Source of the DNA: Naegleria gruberi | Taxonomy: Eukaryota | Direction: 5' to 3' (one strand) | NCBI GenBank assembly: GCA_000004985.1 | Contig: GG738877.1 | DNA length: 64,000 nt | Part shown: in pieces, positions 1 through 11,201 of the stretch | How positions within the stretch are numbered: position 1 is the first letter of the stretch | Layout: the number at the start of each line of letters is the position of its first letter | Position numbers and translations under genes: made by a program | Notes under the pieces: model-generated | The model's input: only the letters and a program-made list of their open reading frames with translations | What the model was told of the DNA's origin: nothing | The model's database searches: none

Positions 1-423
1 AGATGATCCCGATTTAAATTGTAGACCAATAAGAACAATATTCAAACTATTTGTATCAATTAACAATTAATGGATCAATTAGAGAATATAATGATTGTGG
101 ATAATACATACATTATGGACAAGACAAGAATTGTGACAGAACCAATCAACCAATAGATGAGGAAACTTCTCTTTGGTGAGGAGGTCATGCCAGAATTCGA
201 TCCATCTCTGTGATGATGGTCACTGTGATCTAACTCGTCACTGTACATTTTTTTTCTAATTATGTGAAATTAGAGGTCGACACCTCAAAATAAAGATTTT
301 GTGAAGAGTTCACTATGAATTAACTTTTGTATTGTGTTCTTTGTGTGATTTGAAACTCTGATTTTGTGGTCTTATTAATCTGTTTATTTTACAAATAATT
401 AAAACAAATTAAAAAGGGATTGT

Positions 424-1995
424 TTAAGGACGAGAGCATCCATATCCAGATAGATTTTCTTCAATGTGCATTTGGAGTTTCATTCTTTCATTTCTTCTAA
501 TAATTATAAAGAGCGCACATAACAATGGAATAAGAGTGGAACACAACACCCCACTCAAAACAGCAAATAAAATAGTTAAAGTATTACTGTTAACAAATGG
601 CATGGCGTCAGCAAACTCCAAAGATGGAGTGAGTGTTATAATACAGGTATCATACTGGGGATTTTCTACAAGAATATAGCACCATATTGATCTAAGTTCA
701 TCATTGTTATAGTAACCAGAAGACACAAACACTTTAGAATAATGTTGGTTACTTGGAATAGTATCTGTTGCAAGATAAATTGGCAATCCATCTGTTAGTA
801 ATGTTGTGTCAGGAAAATTAACTTGTATCAATAGCCTGTATCCTCTTGGAATAAGTATTTTGAAAGCCTTTGATCCACCTTTAGATAAGTTAATCCTTTC
901 AGCAGTGTTTCCTTCTAATAAGGCTGGAATCATTGAAGAGGAAATAGTAGGAATGTAGGCTGACTTGACTGCTATAAACATGTCATGATCGACATTGTAT
1001 TCTTGATTGAATAGACATGTCAAGGAGGTTGTTTCATCATTAAATCGTGATTCAAGTTGGTGAATCTTTCCTTCTATAAGGAACATGCATGTAAGTGACT
1101 CAAACGACATCTCAATTAAGTTGTTGCTTATATCGAAATCATATTTCGCTCTATTGAATCCAATATCAATTGTTGCTTCTGTCAAATTCAGAGGTTGGTT
1201 GAATAATGAAACTTGGAATCTTGCTAAAATGTAATAGCCCTCTGGTATGTCGCTATATGATACATAGTATCTACCAACAGATATAAAGGGAGATAAGGTT
1301 GGCGCAACGTAAGCAGCCTTTGGGAAGGTATATAATACAGATTTGATATTGTTGGTACACATAAAAGAAATGCTTCTTGGGTAGTGTATCGAAACAGATC
1401 TATCAAACTTAACGTTTTGTACGTCTTTAAATACAAATACTCCAAATATGAAGGAGTCATAAAGATCAATAGTGGTTGTGAAACGAGTTCCTTTCTGTGA
1501 AAAAGTCCCAGGATATTTACATGAATTATCTTGTGCATTATAGAGAGCTATCCAATACGAATACGGATCCAAGTTGAAGAAGGTGGGAACATGTGACTCC
1601 ACACCAATTTCCAAGCTTAAAGAATTCTGATTGAGATCGATCTGAGTCAAGTTTAATGAATAGAAAGCTATTTCACGGAAGGGTTTAGGGAGGATAGGAA
1701 GTGTACACTTTGATTTTAAGGAAATCTGATTCAGTGATATGTTTCCTTTCAGCATTGAATTGTCGGGAAGTGAAAAAAGGAGAGAAAACTTTAAACTATT
1801 AAAATCATATCTGACTGGCATCTCCCTACTTAAAGGATAAGATTTTTCCATATAGGTATCTTTAAATGTACAACTTGTTGCTTCTTGACCTGCAACAATA
1901 AGGCTTATTGAATAAATAACAAACTGTAGAAAGAGTAGTATGGAAAAACAACCTCCAGACTTCCCTTTAAGTGATGAAGAAGGAGTGAAGGCCAT
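424..1995 (-). CDS. Type I membrane glycoprotein, unknown function (N-terminal signal peptide, LRR-like ectodomain, many NxS/T sites, C-terminal TM plus short basic tail)
   Basis: Uninterrupted 523-aa ORF. Hydrophobic N-terminus (FSILLFLQFVIYSISLIVAG). C-terminal TM (LTILFAVLSGVLCSTLIPLLCALFIII) followed by RRNERMK. Repeated L/N-rich segments (ISLNQISLKS, NLTQIDLNQNSLSLE). No recognisable catalytic motif. Confidence 0.5.
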   Translation of the reverse strand: MAFTPSSSLKGKSGGCFSILLFLQFVIYSISLIVAGQEATSCTFKDTYMEKSYPLSREMPVRYDFNSLKFSLLFSLPDNSMLKGNISLNQISLKSKCTLPILPKPFREIAFYSLNLTQIDLNQNSLSLEIGVESHVPTFFNLDPYSYWIALYNAQDNSCKYPGTFSQKGTRFTTTIDLYDSFIFGVFVFKDVQNVKFDRSVSIHYPRSISFMCTNNIKSVLYTFPKAAYVAPTLSPFISVGRYYVSYSDIPEGYYILARFQVSLFNQPLNLTEATIDIGFNRAKYDFDISNNLIEMSFESLTCMFLIEGKIHQLESRFNDETTSLTCLFNQEYNVDHDMFIAVKSAYIPTISSSMIPALLEGNTAERINLSKGGSKAFKILIPRGYRLLIQVNFPDTTLLTDGLPIYLATDTIPSNQHYSKVFVSSGYYNNDELRSIWCYILVENPQYDTCIITLTPSLEFADAMPFVNSNTLTILFAVLSGVLCSTLIPLLCALFIIIRRNERMKLQMHIEENLSGYGCSRP

Positions 1996-2310
1996 TTTTT
2001 TGTGGCGTAAACACCCAGCGCGTCATTCTCACAATTATTTTACAGCCTTTGTACAGGGATCTAAGGGGCGACTAACCAGGTTTGTGTTTTAAGAGTAAAA
2101 AGTAGCTTAATTGGCGAACGAAAAAATCTTCTATGAAATGGAATCCAAAATCCGTAAATCGAAATGATGAAAATTTAAAAGAATATTATGTTTGATAATA
2201 ACTACATCAAAACACAGAATAATATTGTTATTTAAATTAATTATTAAATTGATGATGTAACAAATCTATTAAAATGATGCAAAGAGGCTTCTAAAACAAA
2301 ATCTAAAAAA

Positions 2311-3810
2311 ATGCAACCTGAGAAAAAGCGTCTGTGCTTTGAGGTGTCCCCGATGTGGACAATTATTTTTCTGTATCTTGTTTTAGCTGGTGTGTTTGGT
2401 GTTCTTGCGATCGGAGGCATATTTGGACCACCTGCTGTTGAAATTGTTGATGATAAACCATTGAATCTTGAACCATCAGTTTTTAAAGAAGTTTTAGATG
2501 GTGATAAACCACTTATTGGATTTTTTGATGATCTCTCTGTTTTTAATGATGAAGTGATTTTTACCATGACTTTCTATCCAAATGAAAGTTTAATTAATTC
2601 GATCGGATTTGAAGACATTTTGGAATTGGAAGTTACATTAACCGGAACAGATTCACAAGGAAAAAAACATGATCTTACACCAACAACAACAAAGATTCAC
2701 AAGAGAGAATTAATTTGTCGTCAAGGCCAACAAACTTGTCAACCTGTTACTCTCTTCCAATTACCTTATGTTGCATATCCAAAATATGAAACAAGAATTT
2801 CCATCAAAAATCAAAAGAAGCAAGCTGAATTGGATTTCTTCGTTCCAAAATTATATTTCAGTTATATGAGTATGAATGATAGTTTTGTCAAATTTGAAAT
2901 TGGTATGTATATTAATGATCAAAACACATCAACTAACTTGAATAGCTTTTAGATATGTCTTCTTATTCTTTAACATTCTTATATATGCTCTCTTTGTTGG
3001 ATTTACTAGATTCAAGCAACCATTCTCTGTATGGCACACTGAACAAAAGTGGATTGCTCTCATTTTGGGATTCTTGGTTCTCTATAATAGTAAGTAGTAT
3101 TTGATTTCAATTCTAAAACTGTTTTAGACCCTGTTTATGTCCTGCAATATATTTCTGATATCTGGCTATTCAGTTTGATTAATATTGTCTTTAGAGTTAC
3201 ATATATTTCACTTATTTTGTTCAGCTTTTTGGTATTTGCTCATTCCATTTATACAAAGGAAGAGAATCGTAGTGTATTTACATTCTATTTCCCAAAGGGT
3301 ATTTTAATTACCTCATTGTGGATTCTTACAACTGTTTCATTCATTATGGTCAGTCTTAACAAGCAATTTGATACAGTTTACTCATTTGAAGAATTGACAT
3401 ACCACAATTATATTACCGCAGCTATAATATTCTTATTAGCTCTATATATTTTACAACTTTTATATTATATTATTAGAGGTGTTGGAATGATGGGTGACCT
3501 TCCAACAAAGTATTCTTCCAAATTTAAGGTTATTTATGGTGTCACACTTTTTGTGCTCTTTATTGCTATTGCAACATCAGTTATTTCATATTCTCTTGGA
3601 AAGCTTACATCCTTCTTATTCTTGGCTAGTCATGCCTTGTTGAATTTGTGGCCATTTGCATTGGCTATCTTCTTCCTTCCTTCAAATGAAAAACACATTG
3701 GAGAAGATAGAGATGAAATCAGAATCCTCCAAGGCGCTGATGAAGATGATGATGAAGAACTCGAATTACGAAATGAGGATGAGCAAAGTGATGATCAAAA
3801 CGAAGAATGA
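2311..3810 (+). CDS. Multi-pass membrane protein with an N-terminal TM, a ~180-aa luminal domain and a polytopic TM core; tentatively Wntless/TMEM181-like. Multi-exon.
   Basis: ORFs 2311..2952 and 3175..3810 are on the same strand. Between them are clean short introns: GTATGT...TTTTAG at about 2904..2952 (about 50 nt) and GTAAGT...TTTTAG at about 3099..3138. The 3' half is a series of hydrophobic helices ending in an acidic tail (DEDDDEELELRNEDEQSDDQNEE). The family assignment rests on architecture only. Confidence 0.4.
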
Positions 3811-3876
3811 GTGTATTTATAAAATTTAATTTCAATCTATTTACATTGTTATTTAATATTTACATACTTTACACAA

Positions 3877-5298
3877 TTATTCTTGATTCAATAACTTTTC
3901 ATAATCTACACCCCTATCTCTATAAAATTCAAAAACAATTGGATTCATAAGACTGAAATACAATGGTGGAATGAAAGAGATTAAAATCATGGTTGAATAG
4001 CCGAATGGTAGTTTTGGAGATTTCTCATAAACTCTCAATTTGTAATATTCTCTGGTTGCATAGAAATGATGATCTGCATGGAAAACAATATTGAAATAGG
4101 CATAACTACTCATTCTAAACAAGGCATCAAAGCTATGAGTTTCATTCACTGGTTCATACTCACCATCATCCCTCAATTTTCTCTTCAATCCATAATGTTC
4201 AATATAATTCACACATTCAATAAGAATAATGGCAATCAATGCAGTAAGCAAGTAGGAACTCAAACCCAAAGTACCAAACTTGTAAAATACAAACGAGGCA
4301 AACAATACCAATGAAACAGTACTCCAGAACATTTCTGAGAAGAGTAAACTTGGAAGTGTTGTGTTAAATCTTCTTCTCCTTCTTTCTCTATGCTCAGTAT
4401 CAATGTGCCAAGCATTCATATATCCACCAATACAAGATCTCACAGCAAAATTGTAAAGATTTTCTCCAAATCTTGCAGTGGCAGCATCTTGAGGAGTTGC
4501 TGCTTTCTTATGATGAGAATAAACATGTTCCAGAGGGAAATGTAAATAACCATGGAAAATTAAAATAATCCTAGCACATAAATTCTCAATGAAGGTTCTC
4601 TTATGAAGTAAATCATGAGAAACTGCTCCTGATTGACCCAAAGCAACACCCAATGAAATTGAATGCATGAGAAATTGTTCAGCAGTCAACAAGTGAACTC
4701 TACTCAAAGAATAGAAAAACAAACAAGTTAATGAAATCGTATAAATGATTGGAACCATTCTATACAGGGTACTATAGTCTCTTGTTTGTGAGTCAATTTC
4801 CTTCTTATCATGTTCTTGATTCATATAGACGTACTCCTTTCCATTGTAAAAATAGTCAATCATTGGAATGATTACAAAACCAAATAATGGACCAGCCAGA
4901 AATGAAGTACAAATTACAGTTTCATCAGAAGGAAAATACTCTGAAATTATAACAGAAATGTTGTGATTATTAATAGTAGGAATCATTATAGTCTCTGGAA
5001 TTGTTGTAATTGTTTTATGAATGAAAGACAACGGCTGAGTAATGATATGTTTACGAAGAGGATGATCAACACTTTGAGATAAAGCCCACCACGAGAATGC
5101 ATGTAAACAAACAAGAATATGAATGTTAATCAAGTAGAGAATTGGGTTATTCCACAAGGGTGGATTTTGACTTGTAACATTTGAGTTGTTATTTACAATA
5201 TCACCACCACCAACTTGTGATAATTCATCATGATTATTTTGATGAATTTCATGAGTCAATGCACCATTCTCATTCTTCTGGGTTGTTGATATCAACAT
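3877..5298 (-). CDS. AlkB-type integral-membrane alkane 1-monooxygenase / fatty-acid-hydroxylase-superfamily di-iron enzyme
   Basis: Single 473-aa ORF, no intron. All four AlkB signature boxes are present in canonical order: HDLLHKR (HELGHK-type); EHVYSHHKKAATPQDAATARFGENLYNF (EHNRGHH...ATxxDPATSRxGESxYxF); VNYIEHYGLKRK (NYIEHYGL, the 'HYG' box); FHADHHFYATREY (LQRHSDHHA). Hydrophobic helices lie N-terminal to box 1. Confidence 0.8.
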   Translation of the reverse strand: MLISTTQKNENGALTHEIHQNNHDELSQVGGGDIVNNNSNVTSQNPPLWNNPILYLINIHILVCLHAFSWWALSQSVDHPLRKHIITQPLSFIHKTITTIPETIMIPTINNHNISVIISEYFPSDETVICTSFLAGPLFGFVIIPMIDYFYNGKEYVYMNQEHDKKEIDSQTRDYSTLYRMVPIIYTISLTCLFFYSLSRVHLLTAEQFLMHSISLGVALGQSGAVSHDLLHKRTFIENLCARIILIFHGYLHFPLEHVYSHHKKAATPQDAATARFGENLYNFAVRSCIGGYMNAWHIDTEHRERRRRRFNTTLPSLLFSEMFWSTVSLVLFASFVFYKFGTLGLSSYLLTALIAIILIECVNYIEHYGLKRKLRDDGEYEPVNETHSFDALFRMSSYAYFNIVFHADHHFYATREYYKLRVYEKSPKLPFGYSTMILISFIPPLYFSLMNPIVFEFYRDRGVDYEKLLNQE

Positions 5299-6041
5299 AT
5301 TTACAAGATCCTCTTCTTATTCCTTACTTCCTCCAGAGTGGTGGTTTGAGTGTTTGAGTGCTTGTTGTATTTTGTAAAATAACCGAAAAAAATTGAGCTT
5401 GGCAGTGAGATTGAGTGTTGATTTGATTTTTTAGTTTGATTTATCTCTAGATGGATATTTGCCAAACTTTAATCTCGATTGAGATTGCATGGCGGAAGAG
5501 ATGTCCTCTCTCTAATTGGTTCGATAACCGAGTGAATGTTGAGCATAAATATAAATAGAGTGAATACTCGTCAATTGTGCATAATGATAATAATCGATGT
5601 TATCTTTAATTTGATTGGATTGAAATGTCTTCAACACGTTTTGCATTCGAAAGGAGTTTGATTCTTTTTTACAAATTGAAAGAGACTTTAAATCAAAATA
5701 GGAAATATTAAAAGAACATTGAACATTGGGGTGCTGTTTTTATTTTTAAAGAGAGAACATATTGAATAAGGCACATCATTGTCTGTAAGGCGTTTAACAT
5801 GATTTTGAAATTCACATTCCCTCGAAGAAGATGATGATTAGTATTTGGCTCCTCTTTAGTATTGGGTGTGAACATTTGTTATTGACCTTCGAAATTAATA
5901 AGGGTCCAAAAAATTGAGTTTCCTCCTTTTTTGTGAACAAATTATTAAAGATTGCAGAGTTAGTGCAATTTCAAAGTTCACAAATGGTGCTATTTTAAAA
6001 TTGCATTCAAACTGGAAATCAATAAAAAACAAAAGAAAAAA

Positions 6042-7451
6042 ATGAAAGACTTTGAAAAAGCAGAGCTTCCCTTTGATATTGTTCCAACTTCTGATCACTT
6101 TGATTATTTAGAAGCCTTGCAAAATGAAGAATATTATAACAAGGGAATTATTTTACAAATTATCTTTGAAAAGGAGAAGGAAGAATTTCCATCAAAAGTA
6201 TTCTCCGATTTGATGAATAGATTGGTGTTGAGAACAGATAGTTCGGTTCTCACTATTTTGTGTCCATTGTTTTCTATTGAGATGCCGAAGGGTAATTCAA
6301 AGTTTACAACTGTTCGGGATTTGTTACTTGCTATCAAATATTCAATTGATGATATGCCATCTAGTATTCAAAGTCAACTCTTGCCAAAGATTGGTGTATT
6401 TTCTGAAATTGTTAACAATGTAGATTATGTTCCTGATTGGTTCAAATTGATTATTGAAGATCCACTTGGAAATTCAAGAATTCAATGTAATAGAATAGAA
6501 AACATTTCAACATTGAAGGATTGTTACGATAGTGATCCAAATGTTCATGCTGATTTCTTTACTCGTACAGAAGCTGATTGTCTTGAATTTGATTTGATTT
6601 TGGAAATTGAAGAAAGACCAAACACACTTTATGGAGATAACGCTTTAGAAAAGATTATTGAACTCATTCAAAATTCATCTAAAATTTTGGGATTGACAGG
6701 AGCAGGTATTTCTGTTGAAAGTGGAATTTCTGCCTTTAGAAACAGTGGCAATAGTCAATTGCAAAATATTTGGGAAAAGTGGAATCAAGATGAAATGACC
6801 TACCAGAATATTCTTTCTAAAAAAAAGATAAGAGACGATTACTTTGAGATGCATGCGTTCTTGAAGGAACAAATTTCCAAGGCAGAACCAAATGGCTCTC
6901 ATCACTTGTTCGCTCAACTCAAGGAGAAAGGAAAGTTGTTGAAAGTTATCACTCAAAATATTGATGGCATGCATCAAAAAGCTGGACTTTCAGATGACAA
7001 AGTTATTGAAATTCATGGCAGCTCCAGAGGAGTTGTTTGTACCAAATGTCGTACATTGGTCGAAGATCCAGAGAAGATTTACAGTCAAGTCAAGGATTGT
7101 GTCTTAGAAGGAAAATCTTTGCCAGATGAACTGGTAACATGCAAATGTGGAGGTGTTTTGAAACCAAATACAATCTCATTCGGTGAAGAATTACAAGATA
7201 GCAAATTAATTGAAGCAAGGCAACAATGTAGAGAATGTGATTTGATGATTATTATGGGAACAAGATTGTTGGTTTCACCAGTTAATCAATTACCAAAGTT
7301 GGTGGCTGCAAGAAATGTCCCAGTTGTCATTATTAACTTGGAGAGCACACCATTTGATAGAAATAGTGTTGCTGTCATGAACGGCAAGAGTGGTGAAACT
7401 TGTAATTATATTCTTCATCGTTTAACCTCTATCAACAATCAAGAACGATAG
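6042..7451 (+). CDS. Sir2-family NAD-dependent protein deacetylase (sirtuin) with ~200-aa N-terminal extension
   Basis: GAGISVESGISAFRNSG (GAGIS..GIP.FR Rossmann motif), ITQNIDGMHQKAG (TQNIDGLH), HGSS, zinc ribbon CTKC...CKCGG, ISFGEEL (FGE motif), LMIIMGTRLLVSPV (GTSL..PV). ATG at 6042 is confirmed in the sequence. Confidence 0.9.
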   Translation: MKDFEKAELPFDIVPTSDHFDYLEALQNEEYYNKGIILQIIFEKEKEEFPSKVFSDLMNRLVLRTDSSVLTILCPLFSIEMPKGNSKFTTVRDLLLAIKYSIDDMPSSIQSQLLPKIGVFSEIVNNVDYVPDWFKLIIEDPLGNSRIQCNRIENISTLKDCYDSDPNVHADFFTRTEADCLEFDLILEIEERPNTLYGDNALEKIIELIQNSSKILGLTGAGISVESGISAFRNSGNSQLQNIWEKWNQDEMTYQNILSKKKIRDDYFEMHAFLKEQISKAEPNGSHHLFAQLKEKGKLLKVITQNIDGMHQKAGLSDDKVIEIHGSSRGVVCTKCRTLVEDPEKIYSQVKDCVLEGKSLPDELVTCKCGGVLKPNTISFGEELQDSKLIEARQQCRECDLMIIMGTRLLVSPVNQLPKLVAARNVPVVIINLESTPFDRNSVAVMNGKSGETCNYILHRLTSINNQER

Positions 7452-7540
7452 CAATAAAAAAGCTTATTCCTTTTTTCCAGCCAATTTACACTTCCAACAA
7501 TCAAAAGAATCGTTAAATTTTTAAAAACAAACACAAAAAA

Positions 7541-10500
7541 ATGAAGAGAAAACCAACTACACAGTCATCACAAGATCAAAAGAAGAATAGACAGAAAGAA
7601 CATGAATCGGTTATTTCGAAAGGAACACCTTCTGATTTTGATGAAGAGGAAGCCAACGAAGATATTGAAGACGATGAAAATATAATGGAAACTGAAAATA
7701 TGGAAGAAGACGAATATGATGATGATGATATTGTGAATACACAACTTACACAAGGATCATTAGAAGATTTAAAAAAGTATAAACCTGTAGCACCAAAATA
7801 TGCAAACTGGTCAAGACCACACCTCAGCAAGGATTCACTCTATGTAAAAGGCACAGCATCAATTGCTTTCCAACAAATGGATGCCGATTATACATTAGCC
7901 GAACAAAAACCAGGCTATCCAGGACCTGCATCAGGCAACGTACCTATTGTTCGTTTGTATGGTGTTACTGAAGAAGGGTTCTCTGTGGCATGTCACGTCA
8001 GAGGTTATACACCTTACTTTTATATTGAACAACCAGAAAATTTCAATCCTGATCAATGTAGAAACTTTGCACAATTTTTGAATGCTAGAATGTCCGAACG
8101 AGGTATCAAGAAGGCAGGTAAAGTTGACGAATATGTTGTGAATGTTAGTATTGAAAAGAAGAAGAGTTTGATGCATTATGCATTTGATACCAAAAAATCA
8201 TTTTTAAGAATTGAAGCTAGTATCCCTCCTATGGTTCCTCACATTAGAGAATTCCTTGAAAAGGGTTTTAACGTTCCTGGTATTGGGTTTAGAAAATTCC
8301 TCACATATGAAAGTAACGTTCTGTTTGTTTTACGTTGCATGATTGATTCGAATATTTTTGGTGCTAATTGGGTAGAGCTTCCAGCAGGTACATACAAGTG
8401 GAGAAATGAAAATGATAAGACTAGTCATGCTCAAATTGAAGTTGATATTTCATATGAAGATTTAATAAGTCATGCCCCAACAGAAGAAGGCTGGCACAAG
8501 ATTGCACCTCTCAGAACTCTTTCATTTGATATTGAATGTAAAGGTAAAGATGGTCACTTTCCTCAAGCTGAATCAGATCCTGTAATTGTTATTTCCAATT
8601 ATGTTACTGTTCAAGGTAAATCAGAACCACTCATCAAGAATATTTTGTGTTTAGGAGATTGTGCACCAATAGTTGGTGTAGAAATCCATTGTTTCAAGAC
8701 TGAAAAAGAAATGTTAGAAACTTGGAGAAATTTCGTTATTGGTATCGATCCTGATATTATTACAGGTTACAACGTTATTAACTTTGACTTACCTTATTTA
8801 ATTAACAGAGCCAAAGCTTTAAAGTCTGGTTCCTTCCCATTCCTTGGTCGTATTGCTGGTAAGAGATCTCAAATGAAAAATAGTACCTTTTCTTCAAAAG
8901 CATACGGTACCAGAGAAAGTAAGGATATTAATATTGAAGGTAGAATCCAACTCGACGTTATGCAAGCAATTCAAAGAGACCACAAACTTTCCTCATACAC
9001 TTTGAACTCGGTATCAGCTCATTTCCTTGGTGATCAAAAAGAAGAAGTTCACCACTCTATTATTTCTACACTTCATGAGGGTAGTGATGAAGATAGAAGA
9101 AGATTAGCTTCATACTGTCTTAAAGATGCTTTCCTTCCAATTAGACTTTTGGAGAAATTGTTGATTATTATTAATTATATTGAAATGGCTCGTGTTACTG
9201 GCATTCCAGTTTCTTTTATTTTAAAGAGAGGTCAGCAAATTAAGGTTATTTCTCAATTGTTGAGAAAAGCTAAGAAGGAAGAATATTTAATGCCAACTAT
9301 TTCTAAAAGTGGAAAGAAGGAATCACTTGATGAAGAAGGTGAAACATCAGAAGAGACTTATGAAGGTGGTTTCGTTTTGTCACCAAAAACTGGCTATTAT
9401 GACATTCCAATCACAACTCTTGACTTTGCTTCTCTGTATCCATCCATTATGATTGCTCACAATTTATGTTATACTACCCTCTTAAAGAAAGAAGATTTGG
9501 CCAAATTGAGTGAAGATCAATATGTAAAAACTCCTAGTGGTGACTATTTTATCAAGAGAGAAGTTCAACAAGGTTTACTTCCACTTGTTTTAGAAGAACT
9601 CTTACAGGCAAGAAAACAAGCTAAAAAGGATATGGACAAGGCAACCGATCCTCTTGAAAAGGCTGTTATGAATGGTAGACAGCTTGCCTTGAAGATCAGT
9701 GCCAACTCTGTGTACGGTTTCACTGGTGCCCAAGTCGGTATGCTTCCTTGTCTTGAAATTTCACAATCTGTAACTTCTTTTGGTAGAGAAATGATTCAAC
9801 ACACAAAGGAAATGGTTGAAGAAAATTATACTATTAAGAATGGTTATGAAACTAATGCTGTTGTTATTTATGGTGACACAGACTCTGTCATGGTAAAGTT
9901 TGGTACAAAGGATATCAGGAAAGCGATGGAACTTGGTCTTCATGCTTCTCAAGAAATTTCAAAGACTTTTGTCAAACCCATCAAACTTGAATTTGAAAAA
10001 GTTTATTATCCATATTTACTTTTGTCCAAGAAGAGATATGCTGGTTTGTTGTGGACAAAACCAGAAAAGTTCGATAAGATGGACGCTAAGGGTATTGTCA
10101 CAGTCAGAAGAGACAACTGTGCCTTGGTGAGAAACCTTGTAAATACTTGCCTCCATTTAATTTTGATTAAGAGGAGTATTGAATCTGCTGTAAATTATGC
10201 CAAATCAGTAATTTCTGATCTGTTGATGAACAGAATGGATATCAGTATGCTGGTTATTACAAAAGCTCTAGTCAAGAAGAGTGATAAATACAAAGCTAAA
10301 CAATCTCACGTTGAGCTTGCAGAAAGAATGAGTAAGAGAGATCCTTTAACTGCACCTCGTGTCGGTGACAGAATTCCATATGTTATAGTTAAAGCTCACA
10401 AAGGTGCTAAAGCTTATGAAAAGAGTGAAGATCCTATCTGGGTTTTAGAAAATAGTATTCCAATCGATGCACAATATTACTTGGAACATCAAATTAAGAA

Positions 10501-10936
10501 ACCTCTCGAACAAATTTTCCAACCTATTATTGATAACACACAATCACTCTTTAGTGGTGATCACACCAGACAAATTGCAGTACCAACACCTTCCAAAGGA
10601 GGTATTATGAAGTTTGCTCAAAAGCAATTAAGATGTCTTGGATGTAAAGTTGTTCTTCCAAAGAATGGTGGTACAACAATTTGTTCTGATTGTTCTCAAA
10701 AAGGTGTAGCTCCAAAAATTTATGAATCTGCCATCAATAAGAGAAACCACTATGAAGATATTTACAGTAGAGTTTGGACTCACTGCCAAAGATGCCAAGG
10801 TAGTTTGCACTCTGATGTTCTTTGTACAAATAGAGATTGTCCAGTCTTTTATATGAGAAAGAAAGTACAAAAAGAATTGGCAGACAATCAAGAAATTCTT
10901 AACCGATTCGATGAAGAAGTTATTCATGATTTTTAA
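7541..10936 (+). CDS. POLD1: DNA polymerase delta catalytic subunit (family B polymerase)
   Basis: 1131-aa intronless ORF. Exonuclease motif FDIEC. Polymerase motif A DFASLYPSIMIAHNLCYTT, motif B KISANSVYGFTGA, motif C YGDTDSVMV. C-terminal CysA/CysB metal-binding module (CLGCKVV...CSDCS; CQRCQGS...CTNRDCPVFYMR). Acidic N-terminal tail. Confidence 0.95.
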   Translation: MKRKPTTQSSQDQKKNRQKEHESVISKGTPSDFDEEEANEDIEDDENIMETENMEEDEYDDDDIVNTQLTQGSLEDLKKYKPVAPKYANWSRPHLSKDSLYVKGTASIAFQQMDADYTLAEQKPGYPGPASGNVPIVRLYGVTEEGFSVACHVRGYTPYFYIEQPENFNPDQCRNFAQFLNARMSERGIKKAGKVDEYVVNVSIEKKKSLMHYAFDTKKSFLRIEASIPPMVPHIREFLEKGFNVPGIGFRKFLTYESNVLFVLRCMIDSNIFGANWVELPAGTYKWRNENDKTSHAQIEVDISYEDLISHAPTEEGWHKIAPLRTLSFDIECKGKDGHFPQAESDPVIVISNYVTVQGKSEPLIKNILCLGDCAPIVGVEIHCFKTEKEMLETWRNFVIGIDPDIITGYNVINFDLPYLINRAKALKSGSFPFLGRIAGKRSQMKNSTFSSKAYGTRESKDINIEGRIQLDVMQAIQRDHKLSSYTLNSVSAHFLGDQKEEVHHSIISTLHEGSDEDRRRLASYCLKDAFLPIRLLEKLLIIINYIEMARVTGIPVSFILKRGQQIKVISQLLRKAKKEEYLMPTISKSGKKESLDEEGETSEETYEGGFVLSPKTGYYDIPITTLDFASLYPSIMIAHNLCYTTLLKKEDLAKLSEDQYVKTPSGDYFIKREVQQGLLPLVLEELLQARKQAKKDMDKATDPLEKAVMNGRQLALKISANSVYGFTGAQVGMLPCLEISQSVTSFGREMIQHTKEMVEENYTIKNGYETNAVVIYGDTDSVMVKFGTKDIRKAMELGLHASQEISKTFVKPIKLEFEKVYYPYLLLSKKRYAGLLWTKPEKFDKMDAKGIVTVRRDNCALVRNLVNTCLHLILIKRSIESAVNYAKSVISDLLMNRMDISMLVITKALVKKSDKYKAKQSHVELAERMSKRDPLTAPRVGDRIPYVIVKAHKGAKAYEKSEDPIWVLENSIPIDAQYYLEHQIKKPLEQIFQPIIDNTQSLFSGDHTRQIAVPTPSKGGIMKFAQKQLRCLGCKVVLPKNGGTTICSDCSQKGVAPKIYESAINKRNHYEDIYSRVWTHCQRCQGSLHSDVLCTNRDCPVFYMRKKVQKELADNQEILNRFDEEVIHDF

Positions 10937-11201
10937 TCTCATGGTGTTGATTGTATCTCACCTAAACGAATTCAAAATAATGAATAAGACAACTACTTAG
11001 ATAAATTTCCATTTAAATTATTAAACCCATCTTACAATAGATTTCCTCAAATCCATTTCACTAACTTGTAAAATCTGATTGGTGTTGCTTTACTTTCAAT
11101 ACCTTTAGATATTTCCAATTTTATTTGGAGATGACTTAATCGTTTCGAATAAACATAATCACCATTCGGAGAGACATGTTGTTCATTATGTATAAATAAT
11201 T

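Noticed and set aside
464-1538. Small ORFs 464..679 (+) and 1224..1538 (-) inside or antisense to the 424..1995 gene
   Set aside because: Fully nested in a longer, better-supported ORF. Alternative-frame/antisense ORFs are expected by chance in AT-rich coding sequence.
7568-7830. Antisense ORFs at the 5' end of the Pol delta gene (7568..7753, 7576..7830)
   Set aside because: Antisense to the acidic Glu/Asp-rich N-terminal tail of Pol delta. They are low-complexity frame artefacts.
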